Shown piece by piece: positions 30,312 to 39,261 of a DNA stretch of 64,000 nt (positions within the stretch are counted from its first letter, which is position 1; each line of letters opens with the position of its first letter). The stretch is taken from contig JBDHZC010000007.1 in the NCBI GenBank assembly GCA_039811685.1, positions 32,001 through 96,000 on the forward strand, in the 5' to 3' direction. This stretch comes from Armatimonadota bacterium (GTDB lineage: Bacteria; Armatimonadota; UBA5829; DSUL01). A program made the position numbers and the translations under genes. The notes under the pieces were generated by a model that saw nothing but the letters and a program-made list of their open reading frames with translations, made no database searches and was not told the DNA's origin.

Positions 30312-31340
30312 CTAAAAAACAAGCGTCCTTCCCTGCCGGTGAGCCTGATGCCTGGTGTAGGAAATCCCGTGAGCTTTGATCCCTGCGGGGCTCAGAAGCG
30401 TAATAGTCCCGCCAGTCGTACCGAGCCGCATGTGGCTTTCCATCTCAAATGACGCGGTCCCGCCCCCTCTTATAAGACCTGCCAGACGCTGCTGATTGCC
30501 GTGGCTGTCCTGCAGGCGCCATTCTGACAGATTCACGTCTTCAGCGCATGGGTTCAGAAGCGTAACTCTCTGTGTGTCCGCTCCTGACGGATTGACAAGC
30601 GCCGCGATAATGCGGATGTCACTTTCGGGACAGATTCGTTGCGGGCGAGCGAGGTGCGGCTCCGGCTCTGGAGGCAGGAGCGCGTGACCAGTCAATCCGT
30701 CAGTCTGCCATATCTGCGACTGAAACGCGAGAAATATCCCGACCCATTGATCTGCCCCTCTGAAATGAAAGATCAGCCCTCCGTCCTGCCATACACCGTC
30801 ATCCGCAACGTGCCGTGGATCATTCCCCTGATTCATATGCACATCGTGAACTCCACGCTCGGGCACGAAGTGAAAAAAGGCGTCTTTGCGGCCAGGCAGC
30901 GGCCCCCAGTGGGAGCCAAACGCATAAAGAATCGCCGTGGAGTCGTGTATGGCCCTCTGGACGTAATGATTCAGAAAGTCAGCCAGATCGTTGTGAGGCC
31001 CCGGAGCGAACGCGGGCGCAGGCTTCATCAGCGCAGGGTCAAACAGATTCCCACGAATATAGTCCAGACATGGCTCGCTGGAAGCGCCGAAGAGACGAGT
31101 GAATCCCTGCGGCATATCCACGAGCTGATCCTGAATGGGATGCTCAAAGTGAGAGTCAATATAGTAGAGCAGATCAAAAGGGTGTGGCCCGTCCACCTCC
31201 ACACGCGAACGGATGTTGACGGACACGCGGTAGTCGCTGCGGCCACCCTTCACACGAATTTCAAACCGCCCCGGCTCAGGCACTCCTATATGCCGGTCCA
31301 CAACGTGCCCGGTGAGAACTCCATACCTCTGTACAGACAT
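30312..31340 (-). CDS. YukJ/DUF2278 family protein with C-terminal lamin-tail-like domain
   Basis: YGVL, LDYIRGNLFD, GVHDVHMNQGN, GVWQDGGL, FLAFQSQ. C-terminal IIAALVNP..VTLLN..GGTITLL. Confidence 0.88.
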   Translation of the reverse strand: MSVQRYGVLTGHVVDRHIGVPEPGRFEIRVKGGRSDYRVSVNIRSRVEVDGPHPFDLLYYIDSHFEHPIQDQLVDMPQGFTRLFGASSEPCLDYIRGNLFDPALMKPAPAFAPGPHNDLADFLNHYVQRAIHDSTAILYAFGSHWGPLPGRKDAFFHFVPERGVHDVHMNQGNDPRHVADDGVWQDGGLIFHFRGADQWVGIFLAFQSQIWQTDGLTGHALLPPEPEPHLARPQRICPESDIRIIAALVNPSGADTQRVTLLNPCAEDVNLSEWRLQDSHGNQQRLAGLIRGGGTASFEMESHMRLGTTGGTITLLSPAGIKAHGISYTRHQAHRQGRTLVF

Positions 31341-31342
31341 GG

Positions 31343-31372
31343 AAAAAGGGACGAAACCAGATGGTTCGTCCC
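31343..31372 (-). terminator. Intrinsic terminator after sodA
   Basis: GGGACGAA/TTCGTCCC stem followed by TTTTT on the minus strand. Confidence 0.7.
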
Positions 31373-31416
31373 CGTAATGTTAGACGCTGGTTGTCAACAC
31401 GCCTTCCGGGCGAGAC

Positions 31417-32016
31417 TCAACCCCTGGCGTTCTTGTAGTTTTCGTTCGCCTGCTCCCAGTTGACTACGTTCCACCAACTGGACACATAATCCGGCCGCCG
31501 GTTCTGATACTTCAGATAATAAGCGTGCTCCCACACATCCAGACCGAGGACCGGTGTCTTACCTTCCATCTGTGGGCAGTCCTGATTCGGAGTGCTGCTG
31601 ACCTCGAGCTTGCCGCCCGACACTGACAACCACGCCCAACCTGAGCCAAAGCGCGTCTTGGCAGCGTTTTCAAACTGCTCCTTGAACTGCTCGAACGATC
31701 CAAACTGCTGATTGATCGCCTCCGCCAGCTCGCCCGTTGGCTGTCCACCGCCGTTCGGCTTCATCAGCTTCCAGAACAGGCTGTGGTTGGCATGGCCGCC
31801 GCCATTATTGCGCACTGCGGCCGGCAACTTGTCCGCACCTTTCGCGAGAATCTCCTCAAGGCTCAGCTTCTCATATTCTGTGCCTTCAATGGCCTTGTTC
31901 AGATTGGTGACATAAGCGCCGTGATGCTTGTCGTGATGAATTTCCATCGTCTTGGCGTCAATAGTAGGCTCCAGCGCATCGTTGGCGTAAGGCAGTGGTG
32001 GAAGTTCGAATGCCAT
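31417..32016 (-). CDS. sodA: Superoxide dismutase, Mn-type signature
   Basis: [34 protein letters not shown]. Confidence 0.95.
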   Translation of the reverse strand: MAFELPPLPYANDALEPTIDAKTMEIHHDKHHGAYVTNLNKAIEGTEYEKLSLEEILAKGADKLPAAVRNNGGGHANHSLFWKLMKPNGGGQPTGELAEAINQQFGSFEQFKEQFENAAKTRFGSGWAWLSVSGGKLEVSSTPNQDCPQMEGKTPVLGLDVWEHAYYLKYQNRRPDYVSSWWNVVNWEQANENYKNARG

Positions 32017-32215
32017 TTGTTTTTGTCCTCTCTTCTCGGGAATCGTCTGAGGGAAGAAAGCCCAGGCCGGCAGTGACGCTAAGCGGCGGCTTCACTTAGC
32101 GGCTTCTGCGGCCCCATCAGGGCTTGCCGCAAAACCAGAACCCCTCAGCGCTTTATTACCGCTAATAGCACAAACTCGCAACCTGGTGGCAGGAGGCCAC
32201 ACAGAAGCGCGGCTG

Positions 32216-33394
32216 CTAACCCTTCAGCCCCGTGAGCGTAATGCCCTGAATGAAGTAGCGTTGAGTGAAGAAGAAGACTGTTAGCACTGGAAGCATGACA
32301 AGCGTGGAGGCCGCCATCAGAAGTCCCTGCTCCCCACCGTGCGAGCCCTGGAACAGATAAAGCGCATAAGACAGAGGCATCTTCTCGGGAGAGTTGATGT
32401 AGATGAGCGGGCCCATAAAGTTGTTCCAGCTTCCCATGAACGTCATGATCGTAACCGCGGCCAGAGCAGGTTTGATGAGGGGAAGCATGATACGCCAGTA
32501 CGTGGTGAAAGGGGAGCAACCGTCAATCTTGGCCGCTTCTTCCAGCTCCATCGGGATAGTCATAAAAAACTGGCGCAGGAGAAAGATATAGAACGGGCTT
32601 CCGAGAAACGCAGGCGCCCACAGGGGACGCAGTGTGTCAATCCACCCGAGGTAACGGAAGATCAGGAAGACCGGCAGCATCGTTACAGCGGCGGGAAGCA
32701 TCATCGTCGCGAGCAGGATCATAAAGAAGATGTTCTGGCCAGGCCAGCGCAGGCGGGCAAAAGCGTAAGCCGTGAGGGAGCTTGACAGAAGCAGCCCAAG
32801 AATGGAGAGAACCGTTATGTACACCGTATTCCAGAGTGGGAGGAGTCCGTGGTGGTATTCAGGTGGCAGGAAGTCCAGCGCTTCCGTGTAGTTCTCCCAG
32901 CGGGGACGGAAGTAACGGACTTCGTGAAGCGCAGACTTTTTGACTGTCTGAGCCTGCGCCGGATCGCTGACACCGACTGGAAGAACGCGCACAAAGTCGG
33001 CCTCCAACCGCTGCACAACATACACTTTCCTGCTGATAGAGCCGCCTCTGAGTTCCCAGACCTTCTGGTCTGCCCCATCAACTCTAACGGTCTCAGCTTT
33101 TGAAGGAATGAACTGGGGAGGAAACCCCTTCATCTGGTCGTCATATTTGAGCGACGTCGAGAGCAGCCAGAGAAATGGAAGGATGAAGATCGCAGCGCCG
33201 ATCGTCAGGAGCACGTGCAGCCACGCGTGCCTGCGCGACTCCGCCCAGTGTTTGCGCTTGCGCCACTCCTCCCGCTGCGCCATCCTGCGCCAGCCCCATG
33301 CGTGGATGCCCAGAGCCAGTGCGCGCTGGACAATCACGGGACAAAGCGCGAAGATCGCCATCCACAGCAAGACCCTGTCGGGAGGTACGGTCAA
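32216..33394 (-). CDS. Carbohydrate ABC transporter permease (MalG-like)
   Basis: EAA motif LEEAAKIDG, AYAFARL, FFFTQRYFIQG. Extra N-terminal TM helix and a soluble insertion. Confidence 0.92.
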   Translation of the reverse strand: MTVPPDRVLLWMAIFALCPVIVQRALALGIHAWGWRRMAQREEWRKRKHWAESRRHAWLHVLLTIGAAIFILPFLWLLSTSLKYDDQMKGFPPQFIPSKAETVRVDGADQKVWELRGGSISRKVYVVQRLEADFVRVLPVGVSDPAQAQTVKKSALHEVRYFRPRWENYTEALDFLPPEYHHGLLPLWNTVYITVLSILGLLLSSSLTAYAFARLRWPGQNIFFMILLATMMLPAAVTMLPVFLIFRYLGWIDTLRPLWAPAFLGSPFYIFLLRQFFMTIPMELEEAAKIDGCSPFTTYWRIMLPLIKPALAAVTIMTFMGSWNNFMGPLIYINSPEKMPLSYALYLFQGSHGGEQGLLMAASTLVMLPVLTVFFFTQRYFIQGITLTGLKG

Positions 33395-33513
33395 GGCCGG
33401 CCTTCCCGACCACGCCTTACGACAAGGCGGTATGCGCCCTGTTCAACCTCTGCGATGATGTGAGAAATGCGTCTTCGCGGCTCCATGGAATCGATTGTCC
33501 TTCTTACATTCAT
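33391..33513 (-). pseudogene. Truncated Phd/YefM-like antitoxin remnant (40 aa)
   Basis: Manual translation MNVRRTIDSMEPRRRISHIIAEVEQGAYRLVVRRGREGRP resembles the Phd/YefM N-terminal pattern (E.R..lS.l..EVE.G...vi.R.G). It is below the ORF-track cutoff. Confidence 0.45.
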
Positions 33514-33544
33514 CTCAGAAGCTTGCTACCCGCACTCACCCTGT

Positions 33545-33895
33545 TCAAAGTCCCAGAACTTTCCGAAGGGCCTGGTCAACTTGAAACAGAACCGCGTCTG
33601 AAACCCGGCCCATTCGCTCCACCAGCCGCTGGCGACTCACCGTCATGAGCTGCTCACACTTCACAAAGGAGGTGTCCCGGAGCCCGTTATCCTCGTCGGG
33701 CTGCACTTTCACGTGAAACGGCACGGGTTTTCCTGCGCGACTCACGGCTACCACGATCGTGTTAGGATACGCCTCGATGCGATTTGCCGCATCTGTCTGC
33801 ACGACGAGCGCCGGGCGCCGGCCGGACTGCTCTGAGCCTCGCGCAGGGGCCCAGTCAAGCCAGTACAGATCACCCCTGCGCACCTCACGGCTCAT
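33545..33895 (-). CDS. mazF: Type II toxin, PemK/MazF family endoribonuclease
   Basis: RRGDLYW, GSEQSGRRPALVVQ, NGL..TSFVKCEQL, LVERMGRV. Confidence 0.93.
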   Translation of the reverse strand: MSREVRRGDLYWLDWAPARGSEQSGRRPALVVQTDAANRIEAYPNTIVVAVSRAGKPVPFHVKVQPDEDNGLRDTSFVKCEQLMTVSRQRLVERMGRVSDAVLFQVDQALRKVLGL

Positions 33896-34145
33896 CGCGG
33901 AAGATAGCCTCGCTCTGCGCCTCGAAGGCATATTCGACATCGCATTCATCCGGTGACCTGGCGAGCAACGCGAACGCCTTTTCCAGTTCGCGCTGTTCTT
34001 CTTGCTCGACTGACATTTGGAGCGCCTCCTGTACGAGGACGTTCATGCTCTGGCGCCGCCTGGCAGCGACGGCTTTCGCAGCGCGATGCAACTCGGCCGG
34101 GAGCCTCACAGTGAGGCTTCTATTGGCTTCAGTATGTGATTTCAT
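33885..34145 (-). CDS. Antitoxin with ribbon-helix-helix DNA-binding domain
   Basis: SLTVRLPAELHRAAKAVA..QSMNVLVQEAL, acidic C-terminus, overlaps the toxin start, RBS GAGGAG. Confidence 0.85.
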   Translation of the reverse strand: MKSHTEANRSLTVRLPAELHRAAKAVAARRRQSMNVLVQEALQMSVEQEEQRELEKAFALLARSPDECDVEYAFEAQSEAIFRDEP

Positions 34146-34157
34146 AAAACGCTCCTC

Positions 34158-34210
34158 TGATACACCATAAAATGATACCACATCTACTCACCTGTGCGCA
34201 CAGGAGTCAA
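34158..34210 (-). promoter_or_regulatory. Putative TA promoter with operator elements
   Basis: TTGACT-18bp-TAGATG on the minus strand. Perfect palindrome CCTGTGCGCACAGG (34191-34204) in the spacer. TGATAC direct repeats at 34158 and 34173. Confidence 0.55.
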
Positions 34211-34466
34211 CCGTCCAGTCGCACCCATCTGAGAGCCAGCCCAATTGGAGCCTTCGGCCCGAGAGCGGAAAGGGCAGCGAAAATCCAGCCAACGGGACAA
34301 CTGGTCACGTCCCGATTAAATGGGTCGCCTCGCGGCCGAGCGCCTTCTCGGTAGGTGACCGTGCTCCAGCCAGCGTGCGCCCGTGGCTGGTTTCGCCAGC
34401 AGTCGTAAATTTTCGTCTCCGTCTCGCCGGCGCTGTGATGGACGAACTCTGCCAGCCGTTGTCACC

Positions 34467-36941
34467 TCATCTCTTCTCCACCTCGTAGTGCACCCATTTT
34501 GGCGCGAGCTTGAGCTGCACAAGGGTTAGCACGAGCACAATCGCAAACAGTACCCAGGCGATAGCCGAGGCATAGCCCATATTAAAGTAGCGGAAAGCGT
34601 TGTCGAAGAGATACAACACCGGAACACGGGTGGCGTCCAGCGGGCCGCCGCCAGTCATGATGTAAACATTCTCGAAGGTCTGCAGAGCGCCAATTGTGCC
34701 CATAATCAGATTGAAGAAGATGTAGGGGGACAGCATGGGAAGCGTCACATTGCGAAACTGCTGCAAAGCAGAGGCGCCGTCCAGAATGGCCGCTTCGTAA
34801 AGATGCTGAGGAACACCCTGCAGCCCGGCCAGCCAGAGAATCATGCCGCTTCCCGCTCCCCAGAGCCCCATCAAAATCAGTGCTGGTTTCGCCCACTGCT
34901 CACTGGCCAGCCAGTTCGGCGGCTGGACACCGCTCCAACTTGTCAGAAGAGAGCGCCAGCCGGCGTTCAGCAGTCCCGCGTCCGGGTTCAATATCCAGAT
35001 CCAGAGAATAGAGCTGGCGACGATGGGAACGATGGAAGGCAGGTAGTAAATGGTACGGTAGAAGTGCATCCCTCGCACGCTTGCGTTCAGTAGCATGGCA
35101 ATCGCCAGTCCCGTCACAATCCCGAGCGGAATACCGACTACCGCCAGATAGCCCGCGTTATAAAGAGTCGTTGACAGGATCGGCCAGTCAATGGTGAAGA
35201 GCTGCTGGAAGTTCAGCAGACCAACCCACCTCGGCTCATGCAGGACGTCGTAGCTGCAGAAGCTGAAAATGATTGAGGCCAGAAACGGCCCCGCAGTGAG
35301 GACTATGAAGCCAAGCAGCCACGGCAGCGCAAAGGTATAGCCAGCGGCGGCCTCTCCGCGCGCGAGCCTCCCGACAGGCCCAGAGCGGCGCGCAAGGACG
35401 AGCACAACGGCGGCAAACACAACGATACCTGCCACCAGCGCCAACATTGGAACAATCAGAGGAATGACTGGATACTTCTGAATTGTCGCCGCTCGATCCA
35501 GCTCCAACTGCACACGGCGCGTCCCTTCGTCCAGCGCCCGCTGCGCCGACATTTTGTGGCGCGTGGCATTCTCAAAGGCTTTGACGTGCTCGTCCCACAG
35601 CAACTGCCCAACGAAAGTCACAGGGCGGTACTTTGCCGATTTCATCATTTCGCGGCAGATCCGCAGAGGCTCGGTGAAGCGAGGATAGCGAGCGCCGTAG
35701 ACCTTCGCAATCTCCTCATTCACGCGCTGGCTGGCGCTGAGACGGGGGACAAACAGGCGGCCTTTGCTTCTGTTGTACTCATCCTGCGCTTTTGATCCGA
35801 GCAGCATGGACTCCGGGGAGTTCATCCACTTGATGAAACGCCACGCGGGCTCGACGTTTTTCGCCCCGCGCGGAATGGCCCAGGAGAATCCACCCGCCCA
35901 CGTGATGAAGGGTGGCTGACCCTTGAACCGCCCCTCCTGGCGCAAACGCGCTGCAGGCACCGGGGCCGGAGCCACGCCGAAATCCATGTCCGGCTGATAG
36001 CGGGCAATCGTCTGCAACACCCAGTCCCCGTCTATTTTCATCGCGACGCGCCCGGAGAGAAACGGCCCCATCTCAGGCGGCAGCGCAGCAAACCCGCTCT
36101 GGTAGGCGTCCAGCTTCTCTGCCCCATGAAGCGCATCGTAAATGCTGGTCATGTAGTTGAGGGCTTCGACAGTGTACGGGTTGTTCATCGTGCACTTTCT
36201 GCCGTCCGGGCTCATGAACTCTCCGCCATTTTGCCACGAGTACAGATAGAGCCAGGAGTTGCCGTAGTTCGGAATGAACCCGGCCTGCTTGAAAGTGCCG
36301 TCCTTGTTGTATTTGGTCAGCTTGATGGCATAGTCGCGCAGCTCTTCCCATGTCCTGGGCGGCTTGTCGGGGTCCAGTCCCGCATCGCGAAAAGCGGACT
36401 TGCTGTAGTAGAGCACACGGTCGTCAGCGCTTGCCGGAATCGCGAACACCCTGCCTTTGTAGGTGGCCTCAGCCCAACACGCGGGATAGTAGTCTTCCTC
36501 GCGCACGCCATACTTCTCTTTTCGGTCCCGTTGGATGAGGTCGTTCAGCGGCCGGAAGGTGTCCCGGCTGGCCCAGTCGCCAATGGTGAAGCGATCCTGA
36601 AAGACCAGATCAGGCGGAGTTTTGCCGACTATGGCGGTCATCAGCTTCTGAGGATTCATAGCGCCTGCGCCCATAGACAGCATGCTGACTTTGATGTCGG
36701 GATTACGGCGTTCGAACTCGCGCACGCGCGCTGTGTCGATACTGGTCTCTTCGGAAAGCTGGACGCCCCAGACAACCAGCTTTGTGCGGGTGTCCGGATT
36801 GTTCGCGCACCCGGACAAAAACAGTGCCGCAGACAAGAGCAGCACTGAGACACATAACGCGCGAGTGACGCATGCGCGAGTGCTGAGATCACTCTTCAAT
36901 CGGCATACCGCCCGGCAAACAGATTGGAGCGTCTCCAGCAA
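34467..36941 (-). CDS. Fused sugar-binding lipoprotein and ABC permease (MalF-like)
   Basis: Lipobox LSGC, family-1 SBP domain (PPRTWEEL), C-terminal permease with LYEAAILDG. Exact start uncertain. Confidence 0.9.
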   Translation of the reverse strand: MLETLQSVCRAVCRLKSDLSTRACVTRALCVSVLLLSAALFLSGCANNPDTRTKLVVWGVQLSEETSIDTARVREFERRNPDIKVSMLSMGAGAMNPQKLMTAIVGKTPPDLVFQDRFTIGDWASRDTFRPLNDLIQRDRKEKYGVREEDYYPACWAEATYKGRVFAIPASADDRVLYYSKSAFRDAGLDPDKPPRTWEELRDYAIKLTKYNKDGTFKQAGFIPNYGNSWLYLYSWQNGGEFMSPDGRKCTMNNPYTVEALNYMTSIYDALHGAEKLDAYQSGFAALPPEMGPFLSGRVAMKIDGDWVLQTIARYQPDMDFGVAPAPVPAARLRQEGRFKGQPPFITWAGGFSWAIPRGAKNVEPAWRFIKWMNSPESMLLGSKAQDEYNRSKGRLFVPRLSASQRVNEEIAKVYGARYPRFTEPLRICREMMKSAKYRPVTFVGQLLWDEHVKAFENATRHKMSAQRALDEGTRRVQLELDRAATIQKYPVIPLIVPMLALVAGIVVFAAVVLVLARRSGPVGRLARGEAAAGYTFALPWLLGFIVLTAGPFLASIIFSFCSYDVLHEPRWVGLLNFQQLFTIDWPILSTTLYNAGYLAVVGIPLGIVTGLAIAMLLNASVRGMHFYRTIYYLPSIVPIVASSILWIWILNPDAGLLNAGWRSLLTSWSGVQPPNWLASEQWAKPALILMGLWGAGSGMILWLAGLQGVPQHLYEAAILDGASALQQFRNVTLPMLSPYIFFNLIMGTIGALQTFENVYIMTGGGPLDATRVPVLYLFDNAFRYFNMGYASAIAWVLFAIVLVLTLVQLKLAPKWVHYEVEKR

Positions 36942-36949
36942 GCTGAGCC

Positions 36950-37933
36950 CTAGCGGCCACCGAGTGACACAGGCTGACCGGTCAGCGCGGACTCATTGGC
37001 CGCTAGGGTCACTTCCAGCGTCTTTACCGCATCATCGTAGCTGCTTCTGATAGCGCCTGTATCCTTTGTCCTTACAGCGTGGATGAAAGCCCGGTCTTCT
37101 TCAAGATACGGGTTAACATCGCCTGTTATCTGCTCCCTGCCACCAGAAGTCACAATGTTCAGATCGCCCGGACCAATCTCAAAAATACGCTCCGGCGTCA
37201 CGACAGTCAGACCTACTGTGTAGCCGAGGTTCAGCAGGCAGGTATTGGATATCTGGCCAACAACTCCGTTTTCAAAGCGCAGCGTCACTGTTCCAACGTC
37301 CGGAACTGTGCTGTTTTCGGGGATGTTTTGGGAGCGTGTGGCATAGGCGGCATAGACTTCCGAGACCTCTCCAACCAGATATCGCGCCAGATCGACGATG
37401 TGCGTTGTCTGTTCGTTGATCTGTCCGCCGCTCTGGTCCATGCGACGCCACCATGCTACCCCAGGGAACCCGCCCATCCAATAGCCCATCACCATCCCTA
37501 TCTGTGAGGGATCCAGCGCTTCCTTTGTACGCTGCGTCCCGCTCATGTAGCGGAAATGATAGCCGACGGAGCTCACAATTCCACTGCGTTTGATAGCATC
37601 GGCAATCTCTTTCGCCTGAGAGAGGCTGTTGGAGATAGGCTTTTCCACAAAGACAGGGATGCGGCGCTCCGCGCACAGCATCTCCGGTTCACCATGGACG
37701 TGCGGTGGGAGACAAATGTAGCAGGCGTCAAGCTCCTGCGCCCCCAGCATCTCACGCGCGCTTGAGTAAGCCTTACCGCCGTACTTTTCCACTGCGGCCT
37801 GAGCGCGCGAGATGTCGACATCGCAGAACGCCACCATGTCTGCGGTCTCGATCTGCTCAAGCTGAGCAAAGTGGTTGCCGGCGATTCCACCTGCGCCGAT
37901 GAATCCGACTCTTATATTTCGATCTGCGTTCAT
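36950..37933 (-). CDS. Gfo/Idh/MocA family oxidoreductase
   Basis: VGFIGAGGIA, EKP, SGGQINEQTTHIVD. Confidence 0.9.
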   Translation of the reverse strand: MNADRNIRVGFIGAGGIAGNHFAQLEQIETADMVAFCDVDISRAQAAVEKYGGKAYSSAREMLGAQELDACYICLPPHVHGEPEMLCAERRIPVFVEKPISNSLSQAKEIADAIKRSGIVSSVGYHFRYMSGTQRTKEALDPSQIGMVMGYWMGGFPGVAWWRRMDQSGGQINEQTTHIVDLARYLVGEVSEVYAAYATRSQNIPENSTVPDVGTVTLRFENGVVGQISNTCLLNLGYTVGLTVVTPERIFEIGPGDLNIVTSGGREQITGDVNPYLEEDRAFIHAVRTKDTGAIRSSYDDAVKTLEVTLAANESALTGQPVSLGGR

Positions 37934-38034
37934 AACAGGCTACAACCTCAACCAGGAGATGAGAGCATGAGCTCCGGGAGACAGCGCGGCCAGAAAACTA
38001 TCCTTTCAGACCGCGCTCTACACAGACGGTGGGG

Positions 38035-39021
38035 TTAGGCCAGTTCGGAAGCTTTCACCGGTCGCCCCAGCTCATCGGACTTCCATGCGGCTTCGCACAG
38101 CTCAATCCCTCGCAGTCCACACACCGCCGGGACTTTGTTTTCATCCCGTCCCAGAATCACATCCACAAAGTTCTGGTCAGGATTCGACCCTTCCGGAAGG
38201 TCCTTTGGCTCGTAAGGCTCCTGCCCACGAATCCAGAAAGTCAGCTTGCCGTTGCGTCCAAAGATGGCGCCCTCTGTGCCCCAGACAGTGAAATCTTCCC
38301 ACCAGCCCGGCTGATCACCAATGACCGTGATGGTGCCTACAGCGCCACTGGTGAACTTCATACTGGTTGCCGAGTTGATATCCACCTGCGCGCCCCGGTA
38401 GTCAATGTAGGAGTTCACCTCTTCAACGCTGAGCCCAGTTGTCCAGAGAATGATGTCCAACAAATGGCTGCCAGAATCGTTCAACTGCCCGCCACCGCTC
38501 AGCGCCGGGTCCTGGCGCCACTGCCCGCGCACGCTGCGAAGCCAGTCCTGCCCCTGCAACGCCGCAACCGCTGTGACAGTCCCGATCGTCCCCTTTTCAA
38601 TCTGGTCCTTGATGTAGACGTAGTTGGGATCGTAGTGTCTCTGATAACTTATGAGGACGACCTTACCAGTCTCCTCAGCCTTCTGGATAACCTCTTTGGC
38701 GTGCTTCACATTGCAGACCATTGGTTTTTCGGTCAGGACATGCAGACCATTCTCCAGGGAGTCCATGATCTGGTCATAGTGCAGGGTGTGCGGTGTGTTG
38801 ATCTGAACAGCGTCCAGCCCGCCGTCCTTGATCAGGTCGCGATAGTCGCTGTACGTCCTGATACCGTTGAGGTTGTATCTTTCCTTGTAGGTCTCGAGGT
38901 TTTCGGCGTTCGTGTCCACCAGAGCGACCAGTTCAACCTCAGGAATCTGCGACAGACGCTGGACGTGCCCGTTTGCTATCCCGCCGCAACCAATGATACC
39001 AATGCGAATTTTGTCAGACAT
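38035..39021 (-). CDS. Gfo/Idh/MocA family oxidoreductase
   Basis: IGIIGCGGIA, EKPM, GGGQLNDSGSHLLD. Confidence 0.9.
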   Translation of the reverse strand: MSDKIRIGIIGCGGIANGHVQRLSQIPEVELVALVDTNAENLETYKERYNLNGIRTYSDYRDLIKDGGLDAVQINTPHTLHYDQIMDSLENGLHVLTEKPMVCNVKHAKEVIQKAEETGKVVLISYQRHYDPNYVYIKDQIEKGTIGTVTAVAALQGQDWLRSVRGQWRQDPALSGGGQLNDSGSHLLDIILWTTGLSVEEVNSYIDYRGAQVDINSATSMKFTSGAVGTITVIGDQPGWWEDFTVWGTEGAIFGRNGKLTFWIRGQEPYEPKDLPEGSNPDQNFVDVILGRDENKVPAVCGLRGIELCEAAWKSDELGRPVKASELA

Positions 39022-39207
39022 AATCTCTCCAAGCAGCCCCTGCATTTCCGAGGGGCGCCTTCTGTTTTGGACGTTCTACCGAGCCTTTGAAACGACCTAC
39101 CTATATTACACGCGTGGCACAGCGAACGCCTGCGTAAAATCATAGCGTTTGAGGGACAGGGCGACGGATTGAATTGTGCAGGAGCAGGCAGTGCCCTGTA
39201 GAGAACA

Positions 39208-39230
39208 TTACAGCGTTGTACAGCGCTGAG
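39208..39230. promoter_or_regulatory. Possible LacI-family operator(s) upstream of galK
   Basis: Overlapping CG-centred near-palindromes TACAGCGTTGTA and TACAGCGCTGAG in the divergent sugar-gene intergenic region. Confidence 0.35.
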
Positions 39231-39261
39231 ATCGCAGCTTTTTTCCGAGGGGGAGCCGCCA

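Noticed and set aside
33705..33720. parS-like sequence ACTTTCACGTGAAACG
   Set aside because: It is a single imperfect copy inside mazF coding sequence (PFHVK). The other partial matches, near 1148 and 41726, are only half-sites.
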